32,000 nucleotides of DNA from Erysipelothrix larvae (GCF_001545095.1 NZ_CP013213.1:840001-872000); one strand, 5' to 3'; positions 19,417 through 31,576 are shown, counted from the stretch's first letter. Notes: generated by a model not told the origin, from the sequence alone. Translations and numbers: made by a program.

Positions 19417-20391
19417 ATGTTTAAATACCTAATAAAAAGATTAATTTCTCTTATTCCTGTTGTTATCATAATTTCGGTTCTTTTATTTACGTTTGTGCAA
19501 ATGATGCCAGGCGATCCTGTGGCAGTGATGCTTGGAAACAGTATTACAGATCCTGAAGAATATAAAGCTGCATATGAAGCAATGAGAGCAAGAATGGGAT
19601 TGGATGCAAGTTACTTCGAACAATACATCCGTTGGATTGTGAATTCATTAAAAGGTCAACTTGGATACTCAATCGCAATGAATAAACCTGTTACTGAAGT
19701 TGTTGCTCGTCCACTTAAGAACACAATAATCTTAAATGTTACCTCTTTAGTGTTGTCGTTTGTTATCTCTGTTTTTGTTGGGATTCGCTCCGCTGTTAAA
19801 AAGGGATCGTTTTTCGATAAATTCTGGCAAGTAACATCTATTGTAGGCGTGTCAATGCCGACACTGTTAATTGCTGTTTTACTAATATATGTTTTCTCAT
19901 TGAGATTGAACTTAGTTCCAATGAGTGGTATGCCAAGTATGATTGATGATGGTAGCCTTAGATACTATTTGGAACTTCTTCCATTTATGTTTTTACCATT
20001 ATTGACACTTACGCTTGGGTCTTTTGCGTCTACAATTCGATACATTCGAAATGCTATGCTGGATGTATTAAGCAGTGATTATATACGAACTGCACGAGCA
20101 AAAGGTGTATCGGGAAAAGTTGTTATTTACTCACATGCATTTAGAAATGCTTTGATTCCAGTTGTAACGATTGTTGCGGGATCAATACCGGGTATCTTTG
20201 GTGGTGCGGCGATTACTGAGCAAATCTTCGCATGGAATGGGATTGGACGTGTTCTTATTGCAGGGGTAAATAATCTTGACTATAACTTGATTCTTGCAAT
20301 GAATATGTTCTATGCAATTTTATCACTTGTTTCAAATATTATTATGGACGTTGGATATGCACTTGTTGATCCACGTGTCAAAATTGATTAG
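19417..20391 (+). CDS. ABC transporter permease, OppB/DppB-type
   Basis: 324 aa. N-terminus MFKYLIKRLISLIP.., six TM segments, EAA-like loop ..DYIRTARAKGVS...IYSHAFRNALIP. Confidence 0.9.
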   Translation: MFKYLIKRLISLIPVVIIISVLLFTFVQMMPGDPVAVMLGNSITDPEEYKAAYEAMRARMGLDASYFEQYIRWIVNSLKGQLGYSIAMNKPVTEVVARPLKNTIILNVTSLVLSFVISVFVGIRSAVKKGSFFDKFWQVTSIVGVSMPTLLIAVLLIYVFSLRLNLVPMSGMPSMIDDGSLRYYLELLPFMFLPLLTLTLGSFASTIRYIRNAMLDVLSSDYIRTARAKGVSGKVVIYSHAFRNALIPVVTIVAGSIPGIFGGAAITEQIFAWNGIGRVLIAGVNNLDYNLILAMNMFYAILSLVSNIIMDVGYALVDPRVKID

Positions 20392-20410
20392 TTAGGAGCC
20401 TTTTAAAATT

Positions 20411-22249
20411 ATGAGTGAAAAGAAAAAGAAAACTTCATTTTTAAAGACAATTACTAGTCTATTTTTACCAGGTGGGAGAAAAGATAACTTCGATGATGTT
20501 ATCGTAAGCCCAACTCAACAAATTGCACGTAATTTCTTTGAAAACAAACTGGGTGTTATTGGTCTTGTGGGATTTATTTTGTTATTCTCGTTGGTGTTTA
20601 TTTCAACATCACTTGATACAGGATATAATCCATATAATCATGAAACAACACTTGCAAACTTAGGACCAAGTACGAGCTATTTAAAAATTGATAAGAGCTT
20701 AAATGGTTCAAATGTTGACAAGATCGTTTCAGGTGTATCATTCAGTGTTGCACTTGATACGGATGGTAAACTTCATTTCTGGGGGAATAACCCAGCATCA
20801 AACGTTAATGTTGAACAAATCGTTGAACTTACAAAAGATAAAACGATTGTAGATATTGCAGCAGGTTCACGACACATTATCGCATTGACTAACACTGGTG
20901 ATATCATCGGTGCTGGTGAGAATAACTTTAACGAAGCAAGTTTTCCATCAGAAGTTAAGCAATCCTTAATGGGGGATACCATTAAGAAAATCGACGCCGG
21001 AGTTTCTGTATCTGTAATCTTAACAGGTAAAGGGCGTGTTATTGTATGGGGTAGTACTTTAGCGAATAATCTTGACACAATTCCAAACAGTGTCCAAGGT
21101 GAAATCGCAGATGTTACTGTTGCACCATTTAACTTAGTATTAACAATGAAAGATGGAACAATCACAACATTGGGAGTTCGTAGTAACGAAGTTGCTGCTG
21201 TATCTCCTGAGCTCGCAGCGGGTGAGTATAACATTGTTCAAACTGTAGTTTCAGAAAATACAGTAATTGCTCTTGATGATCAGGGTGTAGTTCATTCATG
21301 GGGAGCTTATGGTGAAGGCCGTAATGTTATACCTGAGTTTGACGCTAAAATTGTTGAAATCTATTCAACACGTTCAACATTCTTGGCACTTGATGAAAAC
21401 GGAACACTCTATACATGGGGTGCTGATCGTTTTGGACTTCTAAATATTCCTTCAAATGTATCTGCTAAGAACGTTGAAACTGTATTCGCAAATTTCTTCT
21501 CAGTTTACGCTGTAAATGATGATGATAGCATTACTGCTTGGGGACATGGCGGGTTCCGTTTTGGTTCTGATAGCCTTGGTCGTGATATGGGTGAACGTTT
21601 ACTTCATGGTGGACGAATTTCCTTAACTGTTGGTGCGGTTTCTGTGTTAATTTCTCTTATTATCGGAGTGATTGTAGGTCTTATTTCAGGATTCTACGGT
21701 GGATGGCTTGATAATCTATTGATGCGTATTGCAGAAGTTATTAACTCGTTTCCATTCCTCCCACTTGCGATTACCTTATCCGCATTCTTACCGCCATCTA
21801 TCTCGGAGAACCAACGTCTAACGTTAATTATGGTTATCTTAGGGATTCTATCGTGGCCAGGTATGGCGCGTCTTGTTCGTGGTCAAATTCTTGCAGAACG
21901 TGAGAAAGACTTCGTACTTGCTGCACGTGCGCTTGGATTAAAAGAAAACGTGATTATCATTAAACACATTCTTCCAAGTGTATTTAGTATGATAATTGTA
22001 AATATGACACTTGGGTATGCTTCAAGCTTACTTACTGAAGCAGGTCTTTCATACTTAGGGTTTGGAGTTAAACCTCCATCACCTTCATGGGGGAATATGC
22101 TTAGTGGTGTTATTAGTTCTGTTGTTATCGAACGTTACTGGTGGCAATGGGTTCTTCCAGCAGGATGTGTTCTTCTTGCTGCATTAACTGTAAACTTAAT
22201 TGGTGACGCACTTCGTGATGCTATTGATCCACGTGCAAATCAAAAGTAA
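20411..22249 (+). CDS. ABC transporter permease, OppC/DppC-type, with an inserted RCC1-like seven-bladed beta-propeller
   Basis: 612 aa, against about 300 aa for typical OppC. TM1 is at residues 46-66. Residues about 90-385 (nt 20678-21565) form seven repeats of about 42 aa with the pattern [IV]xx[IV]..G....[AL]L...G.[ILV]..WG. The canonical OppC sequence then resumes (SDSLGRDMGERLLHGGRISLTVGAVSVLISLIIG.., then the BPD_transp_1 core). Confidence 0.9.
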   Translation: MSEKKKKTSFLKTITSLFLPGGRKDNFDDVIVSPTQQIARNFFENKLGVIGLVGFILLFSLVFISTSLDTGYNPYNHETTLANLGPSTSYLKIDKSLNGSNVDKIVSGVSFSVALDTDGKLHFWGNNPASNVNVEQIVELTKDKTIVDIAAGSRHIIALTNTGDIIGAGENNFNEASFPSEVKQSLMGDTIKKIDAGVSVSVILTGKGRVIVWGSTLANNLDTIPNSVQGEIADVTVAPFNLVLTMKDGTITTLGVRSNEVAAVSPELAAGEYNIVQTVVSENTVIALDDQGVVHSWGAYGEGRNVIPEFDAKIVEIYSTRSTFLALDENGTLYTWGADRFGLLNIPSNVSAKNVETVFANFFSVYAVNDDDSITAWGHGGFRFGSDSLGRDMGERLLHGGRISLTVGAVSVLISLIIGVIVGLISGFYGGWLDNLLMRIAEVINSFPFLPLAITLSAFLPPSISENQRLTLIMVILGILSWPGMARLVRGQILAEREKDFVLAARALGLKENVIIIKHILPSVFSMIIVNMTLGYASSLLTEAGLSYLGFGVKPPSPSWGNMLSGVISSVVIERYWWQWVLPAGCVLLAALTVNLIGDALRDAIDPRANQK

Positions 22250-22286
22250 TTGGTTTGTATGAAACGATTAGATTGGAGTCGAAAAT

Positions 22287-23750
22287 ATGTCTGAAAAAAT
22301 TCTATTAAAGGTAGACCACTTACAAAAGTTCTTCCCATTGAAAAAGAAGAGTGTCTTTCAAAAAGAAGTTCAATATGTACGTGCAAATAAAGATATCTCA
22401 ATCAACATTCACGAAGGTGAAACATTAGGTCTTGTTGGTGAATCCGGATGTGGTAAATCTACATTTGGTCGTACATTGATTCAATTGTATGACCAAACTG
22501 GTGGAGTATCACTGTACTATGGTGACACGATAGAGTCTATGATGCCAAGTTATGTTGAAGCATGTTATAAATCTATTCCTAAAGTATTCAAAGGTTACAA
22601 ACATGATCTTGAGAAACTTAAAGAAATCGAAAAGTTGGCAGCTCAAGAAACAGGAACTTCAGCAGTTCATGTCGAAGAATTGCGCCATGCGAAAATTGAT
22701 TTTGAAAAGAAATACGGGAATATTCTGCGTTTAGCAGGTGGACTACTTGTTCACAGCAACTTAGATGAAGTGAAATCAGTGTTACTTGAAAAGTATCACA
22801 AAGGTTCTGCTGTATCAAAATATATTAAAGGGATTGAGTTTGAAACAACACGTTTAGAAGCACGTGGTGAAGATCCTTCGAAATCTACGAAGATTTCTGG
22901 ATTTAAGAGTAAACTTGATCAAGCTGAAAAAGAACTTGTTAGTGTTGATGAAAAAGTTGAAAAACTCAAAGATTCATTGCGTTCAAATCCTGAATTTGAT
23001 ACCTTCGAGTCAATGCTTGATAACGGAATTGATTTATCTTCATTAACGAAAACAGAAATGCGTGATTTACGTAAGGATTTACAAATCATCTTCCAAGATC
23101 CATATTCATCATTAGACCCACGGTTTACTGTAGGGAACATCATTGGTGAAGGTCTTGTTGCACATGGTATCTTCGACAGTAATAAGAGCGAAGGATACCA
23201 AGAGTATATTGAAGATATTATGCAAAAGTGTGGATTAGCACCAGAATATATTCACCGTTATCCACACCAATTCTCTGGGGGTCAACGTCAAAGAATTGGG
23301 ATTGCACGTGCTTTAGCACTTAATCCACGATTTATCGTATGCGATGAAGCGGTTAGTGCACTTGACGTATCCATTCAGTCTCAAGTTATCAACTTGCTTC
23401 AAGATTTAAAGGATGAAAATAATTTAACGTACTTGTTTATTACCCATGACTTGGGTGTTGTTCGTTTTATTAGTGATCGTATTGGTGTTATGTACTTTGG
23501 TAACTTAGTTGAATTAGCACCTGCTGAAGAAATCTTTGATAATCCTCAACACCCTTATACACGGCAATTGTTGAATGCAATTCCTAAAATGACAAAACCA
23601 GGTGAAATTATTGAACCGCTACCGCTCTATACCGAAAACGATGTCTTTGATTTTGGTTTCAAAGAAACAGGCGAAGCGGACAATGATTGGCATGAAGTGT
23701 CCCCAGGTCACTTTGTAGCGTGCCGTTTAAAGAATAAAGAAAGTGTCTAG
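22287..23750 (+). CDS. ABC transporter ATP-binding protein, OppF-type, with large insertion between Walker A and Q-loop
   Basis: 487 aa. Walker A GESGCGKST (residues 51-59), Q-loop IIFQDP (267-272), signature FSGGQRQR, Walker B IVCDEAVSALD, and a C-terminal oligo_HPY region (HPYT). About 165 extra K/E-rich residues (83-247) are absent from canonical OppF. Confidence 0.9.
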   Translation: MSEKILLKVDHLQKFFPLKKKSVFQKEVQYVRANKDISINIHEGETLGLVGESGCGKSTFGRTLIQLYDQTGGVSLYYGDTIESMMPSYVEACYKSIPKVFKGYKHDLEKLKEIEKLAAQETGTSAVHVEELRHAKIDFEKKYGNILRLAGGLLVHSNLDEVKSVLLEKYHKGSAVSKYIKGIEFETTRLEARGEDPSKSTKISGFKSKLDQAEKELVSVDEKVEKLKDSLRSNPEFDTFESMLDNGIDLSSLTKTEMRDLRKDLQIIFQDPYSSLDPRFTVGNIIGEGLVAHGIFDSNKSEGYQEYIEDIMQKCGLAPEYIHRYPHQFSGGQRQRIGIARALALNPRFIVCDEAVSALDVSIQSQVINLLQDLKDENNLTYLFITHDLGVVRFISDRIGVMYFGNLVELAPAEEIFDNPQHPYTRQLLNAIPKMTKPGEIIEPLPLYTENDVFDFGFKETGEADNDWHEVSPGHFVACRLKNKESV

Positions 23751-23762
23751 GAGGGTCAAAAT

Positions 23763-24707
23763 ATGAGTTTATTAGAAATTAAGAATCTACATACTTATTT
23801 TGATACACGTCGTGGACTTGTTAAAGCTGTAAACGGTGTTTCATTTAAAGTAGAAGAGGGTCGTACATTAGGGATTGTTGGTGAGTCTGGTTCTGGAAAG
23901 AGCCAAACTGCGATGTCGATTCTACAACTGTTCGAATCAAACCAAAAGATTTATGATGGTGAAATTATATTTGATGGTAAAGTGCTCTCAGATTTCAATG
24001 CATCTCAACTTCAAGAAATTCGTGGAAATGATATTTCAATGATTTTCCAAGAACCGATGACAAGCTTAAATCCTGTTTTTACGGTTGAAAAGCAAATCAA
24101 CGAAGTACTGATGCTTCACCAAAATATGAGTAAAAAAGAAGCTTCAGAACGTTCTTTAGAAATGCTGAAGTCTGTAAAAATTCCTAATGCTGAAGCAGTA
24201 TTAAAACAATACCCTCACCAATTATCTGGTGGGATGAGTCAACGTGTTATGATCGCGATGGCCCTTGCTTGTAATCCTAAGCTTTTGATTGCGGATGAGC
24301 CAACGACTGCGCTTGACGTTATCATCCAAGCTGAAATATTACGTCTTATGAATGATTTGAAGGACAAGTACCGTACCTCAATCCTCTTTATTACCCATGA
24401 CCTTGGCGTTATCAGTCAAATGGCAGATGATGTTATCGTTATGTACGGTGGGAAGATTGTTGAGGCAGGACCAATCCTTAAAATATTCGAAGAAGCAAAA
24501 CACCCATATACAAAACGCTTGATGGCTGCTTTCTTAAAGACAGACATTAGCCGTCGTAAGGGTGAAAAAGAAACAGAAGCAGACTTATACTCTGCTGAAA
24601 ACGAAGTATATGATTTCCATAACTTCCGTGAAAATGCAGTTGCAGATACAGATTGGTATGAAGTATCAGACGATCACTTCGTTGCATGTAATTTACTAGG
24701 AAAATAA
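23763..24707 (+). CDS. ABC transporter ATP-binding protein, OppD-type
   Basis: 314 aa. Walker A GESGSGKS, signature LSGGMSQR, Walker B LIADEPTTALD, C-terminal HPYT region. SD AGGAGGG overlaps the upstream stop. Confidence 0.9.
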   Translation: MSLLEIKNLHTYFDTRRGLVKAVNGVSFKVEEGRTLGIVGESGSGKSQTAMSILQLFESNQKIYDGEIIFDGKVLSDFNASQLQEIRGNDISMIFQEPMTSLNPVFTVEKQINEVLMLHQNMSKKEASERSLEMLKSVKIPNAEAVLKQYPHQLSGGMSQRVMIAMALACNPKLLIADEPTTALDVIIQAEILRLMNDLKDKYRTSILFITHDLGVISQMADDVIVMYGGKIVEAGPILKIFEEAKHPYTKRLMAAFLKTDISRRKGEKETEADLYSAENEVYDFHNFRENAVADTDWYEVSDDHFVACNLLGK

Positions 24708-24708
24708 C

Positions 24709-24894
24709 ATGGCTTTGTTCAAAAAAAGAAAAGACATGTATGATGAAGAAGAAATCGAAAAGAAGCTAAACGATATGGAGTTTGAAAAGGGCGATATGTT
24801 TGCAATGTTTATTGCTGCAATGATTACCTTTTTACCCGCTGTATTATTACTTCTTGGTCTATTCAGCCTCATCTTATGGATTATCTTTACATAA
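24709..24894 (+). CDS. small membrane protein translationally coupled to the ABC operon
   Basis: 61 aa. The ATG lies 1 nt after the OppD-type TAA. An acidic cytoplasmic head (KDMYDEEEIEKKLNDMEFEKGD) is followed by about 31 contiguous hydrophobic residues. The operon terminator follows it. Confidence 0.55.
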   Translation: MALFKKRKDMYDEEEIEKKLNDMEFEKGDMFAMFIAAMITFLPAVLLLLGLFSLILWIIFT

Positions 24895-24913
24895 AGTAAA
24901 CATTTTAATTCTC

Positions 24914-24946
24914 AAAACAGACGCTCCGGTGTCTGTTTTCCTTTTT
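24914..24946 (+). terminator. rho-independent terminator of the ABC importer operon
   Basis: AAAACAGAC (24914-24922) pairs with GTCTGTTTT (24931-24939), followed by CCTTTTT. Confidence 0.6.
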
Positions 24947-24961
24947 GATAAAGCCTTTCAC

Positions 24962-24990
24962 TTTAATGAACTTAAATTGTGTGGTATGAT
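24962..24990 (+). promoter_or_regulatory. candidate extended -10 promoter for the thiT leader
   Basis: TGG-TATGAT (24982-24990) with a weak -35 TTTAAT (24962-24967) at 17-nt spacing. Confidence 0.35.
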
Positions 24991-24997
24991 ATTTTTG

Positions 24998-25093
24998 TGA
25001 ACAGGGGTGCTGTAAAAGGCTGAGATAATACCCTTAATCACCTGATCTAAGACTAGACTATTATTAATAGTCAGAGCTAGCGTAGGGAGTTCA
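24998..25093 (+). promoter_or_regulatory. TPP (THI-box) riboswitch
   Basis: P1 is TGAAC (24998-25002) paired with GTTCA (25089-25093). Conserved cores are present: AGGGGTGC, GCTGAGA, ACCC, ACCTGATCT and CTAGCGTAGGGA. A ThiT gene lies directly downstream. Confidence 0.85.
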
Positions 25094-25110
25094 AACTTTT
25101 TAAGTTCCTG

Positions 25111-25137
25111 CGCCTCATATTATGGAGGTGTTTTTTT
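25111..25137 (+). terminator. riboswitch expression-platform hairpin (terminator and SD sequestor)
   Basis: CGCCTC (25111-25116) pairs with GAGGTG (25125-25130), which is the thiT SD. TTTTTTT (25131-25137) follows and abuts the ATG. Confidence 0.45.
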
Positions 25138-25677
25138 ATGAAAACAAAAGATCTGGTAAATATGTCTCTATTTGTTGCATTATATGTCGCACTAGAGTAT
25201 CTTGATTCAGCATTTAGTATCTTTAAGATGCCACAAGGCGGAAGCTTATCGTTTAGTATTCTTGCTATTATCTTTGCAAGTTACTTCTTTGGGATAAAAA
25301 AAGCAGTCGCCGTTACTGCTTTAGCATTTATTGTCCGATTTATGTTGGTTCCAATGTCCGTTGTACATCCAATGCAATTTTTACTGGACTATGTACTTGC
25401 GCCAGGTTGCTATGCCATTGTATCGGTGTTACCCGAGATAAAGGTGAAAAAGTTGCCTACAATTCCGTTATCCGTACTCATTGCAGGCTTTATGCAGTTT
25501 ATGTTTCATAATATCTCAGGATGGGTTTATTATGCACAATATTATGAAGGAAATCTATTTTGGGGAGTCCTTGCTTACAATGCAACCTATGTGATTCCGA
25601 CTGTAGTTGTTGGGTTTGTCGTTGTCATGTTAATGAAAGATCGAATGATGACAATCTTTCACGCCTTGAATCGATAA
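25138..25677 (+). CDS. thiT: ECF-transporter S component for thiamine (ThiT)
   Basis: 179 aa, 6 TM. Motifs MPQGGSLS, FLLDYVLAP and FHNISGWVYYAQY are typical of ThiT/YuaJ. It is controlled by the upstream TPP riboswitch. Confidence 0.85.
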   Translation: MKTKDLVNMSLFVALYVALEYLDSAFSIFKMPQGGSLSFSILAIIFASYFFGIKKAVAVTALAFIVRFMLVPMSVVHPMQFLLDYVLAPGCYAIVSVLPEIKVKKLPTIPLSVLIAGFMQFMFHNISGWVYYAQYYEGNLFWGVLAYNATYVIPTVVVGFVVVMLMKDRMMTIFHALNR

Positions 25678-25683
25678 AAAATA

Positions 25684-25731
25684 ATCGAAAAGATGTTGAT
25701 GTAAATGAATCGACATCTTTTGATTTTTTTT
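25684..25731 (+). terminator. rho-independent terminator after thiT
   Basis: ATCGAAAAGATGTTGAT (25684-25700) pairs with ATCGACATCTTTTGAT (25709-25724), followed by a T-run to 25731. Confidence 0.65.
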
Positions 25732-25847
25732 ATAGGATATCCCCTGGTTTTTCATCACTATTCTAAGAATTACCAAAAGGAATAAAGCCTGTTTATAGGC
25801 CTTTAAGCAAATCTATAAAAATTAAGTAAAAAAGATGAAGAATAGTG

Positions 25848-25876
25848 TTGACTTGTGGTAGGTGTAATGGTATTAT
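25848..25876 (+). promoter_or_regulatory. rRNA operon promoter
   Basis: TTGACT (25848-25853), 17-nt spacer, TATTAT (25871-25876). It is preceded by an A/T-rich UP-like tract. Confidence 0.55.
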
Positions 25877-25918
25877 TATCAAGCCGGTTCGGTAAGAACG
25901 GCAACGAATTGGTCTTTG

Positions 25919-25937
25919 AAAACTGAACAAGAAACGT
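25919..25937 (+). other. 5' half of the 16S processing stem (partner 27599-27617)
   Basis: AAAACTGAACAAGAAACGT is complementary to ACGTTTCTTGTTTAGTTTT in the spacer, at 19 of 19 positions with one G-U. The two halves bracket the 16S gene as in RNase III processing stems. Confidence 0.7.
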
Positions 25938-26020
25938 CAATTTCGAAATTAGAAATTAAAACAAAAACAAACTGTCAGAGTTTGTGTTTATAAAAGATAA
26001 ACAAAAAAAGAGAAAGAATC

Positions 26021-27564
<1,544 letters not shown>

Positions 27565-27649
27565 AAGGAGTATTAGAAAGACGTCGAAATTGGTACACAC
27601 GTTTCTTGTTTAGTTTTGAGAGATCGAAGCGATCATCTCAGGATCTTTG

Positions 27650-27666
27650 AAAACTGAATAATAGAA
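27650..27666 (+). other. 5' half of the 23S processing stem (partner 30802-30818)
   Basis: AAAACTGAATAATAGAA is complementary to TTCTATTATTTAGTTTT downstream of the 23S, at 17 of 17 positions with one G-U. Confidence 0.7.
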
Positions 27667-27832
27667 GAGATTCAGATAGGTAAAAAAATGGATCTTTTTG
27701 GATAGTTGAAAAACTAAGAACACAAAGTCAAAGTTAAAAAGCAATTTAACAGTAACTTAAGCAAACAAACAAAGCGAACACATAAAAAAAACAAAGCGCA
27801 ATCCAGTCTTATGCAGGCTGAGGTTGTAATGA

Positions 27833-30740
<2,908 letters not shown>

Positions 30741-30839
30741 ACAAACGTCTTATAAACAACAACACATCCGAAAGGATACAACGTCAACTTATCAATCGAC
30801 TTTCTATTATTTAGTTTTGAGAGATTCTCTCAATTTGAT

Positions 30840-30950
<111 letters not shown>

Positions 30951-30956
30951 TTAATC

Positions 30957-30988
30957 AAGGACCTTCACTTTGAGGGTTCTTTTTTTTA
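30957..30988 (+). terminator. rRNA operon terminator
   Basis: AAGGACCTTCA (30957-30967) pairs with TGAGGGTTCTT (30971-30981), followed by a T-run to 30988. Confidence 0.65.
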
Positions 30989-31090
30989 TAGTACTTTAAA
31001 AAGGTGTGTTGATATGAATAAAATTTTCATCTAGACATAACAAATTAAATTGTAAAATTGACATATTTTTCATCGAACTTCCATATAGTG

Positions 31091-31099
31091 TGATATAAT
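31091..31099 (+). promoter_or_regulatory. extended -10 promoter element for the MarR-ABC exporter unit
   Basis: TGATATAAT is a perfect TGnTATAAT. A TTGACA at 31058-31063 is too far upstream (30 nt) to be the cognate -35. Confidence 0.4.
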
Positions 31100-31117
31100 T
31101 AGTTAACCGATTAACTA
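31100..31117. promoter_or_regulatory. near-perfect 18-bp palindrome, candidate MarR autoregulatory operator
   Basis: TAGTTAAC-CG-ATTAACTA has 8 of 9 symmetric pairs. It lies immediately downstream of the -10 and 19 nt upstream of the MarR ATG. Confidence 0.45.
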
Positions 31118-31135
31118 TTATGAAGGAGTGATCAT

Positions 31136-31576
31136 ATGTTTGACTTATTAACAGAAACTTTTCGTGCGATGGCACATAAGCAACGAAATGCTTTACGTAC
31201 CGAATTAGCAAAGCACGGTCTCTATTTGGGACAACATCGGATTCTTTTCTTACTCAAAGATCAACCAGGACTGTCTCAAGTTGAAATCTGTGATAACTTG
31301 AATGTAACTAAAGAATCGTTATCCTTAAGTCTTAAACGGCTTCACAATGCTGATCTTGTGTATTGTGAGAAAGATGATCATGATAAAAGAAAGACACTGT
31401 GGTCTTTAACCAATCTTGGATTAGAAAAGGCTCAGGTGTGTAAGAAGGGGTTTAAGTCAGTGAACGAATCGATGTTTGGGGAACTATCACATGAAGAAAT
31501 GATTCAGCTCGAATCATACTTCAATAAAATGATACGGGGGTTAGAAAGAAGAGAGATTGATGAAGAAGTTATTTAG
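31136..31576 (+). CDS. MarR family transcriptional regulator
   Basis: 146 aa. Winged-helix region LSQVEICDNLNVTKESLSLSLKRLHNADLVYCEKDDHDKRKTLWSLT. SD GAAGGAG. Confidence 0.85.
   Translation: MFDLLTETFRAMAHKQRNALRTELAKHGLYLGQHRILFLLKDQPGLSQVEICDNLNVTKESLSLSLKRLHNADLVYCEKDDHDKRKTLWSLTNLGLEKAQVCKKGFKSVNESMFGELSHEEMIQLESYFNKMIRGLERREIDEEVI

Noticed and set aside
20773-21234. A 153-aa minus-strand ORF opposite the RCC1-repeat region of the permease.
   Set aside because: It has no SD or promoter. The sense strand encodes a coherent seven-repeat domain flanked by canonical OppC sequence, so the antisense frame is a shadow ORF.
22552-23143. Four short ORFs (22552-22734, 22618-22818, 22864-23046, 22919-23143) within the ATPase insertion. 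I considered whether the insertion is really a separate gene or a mobile insert.
   Set aside because: The ATPase frame runs uninterrupted through the region and re-enters the conserved Q-loop in frame. The small ORFs are K/L-rich shadow frames with no start signals.
30996-31211. A 71-aa minus-strand ORF spanning the rrn terminator to MarR promoter region.
   Set aside because: It overlaps the MarR promoter, operator and start on the opposite strand. It has no SD and an AT-rich translation.
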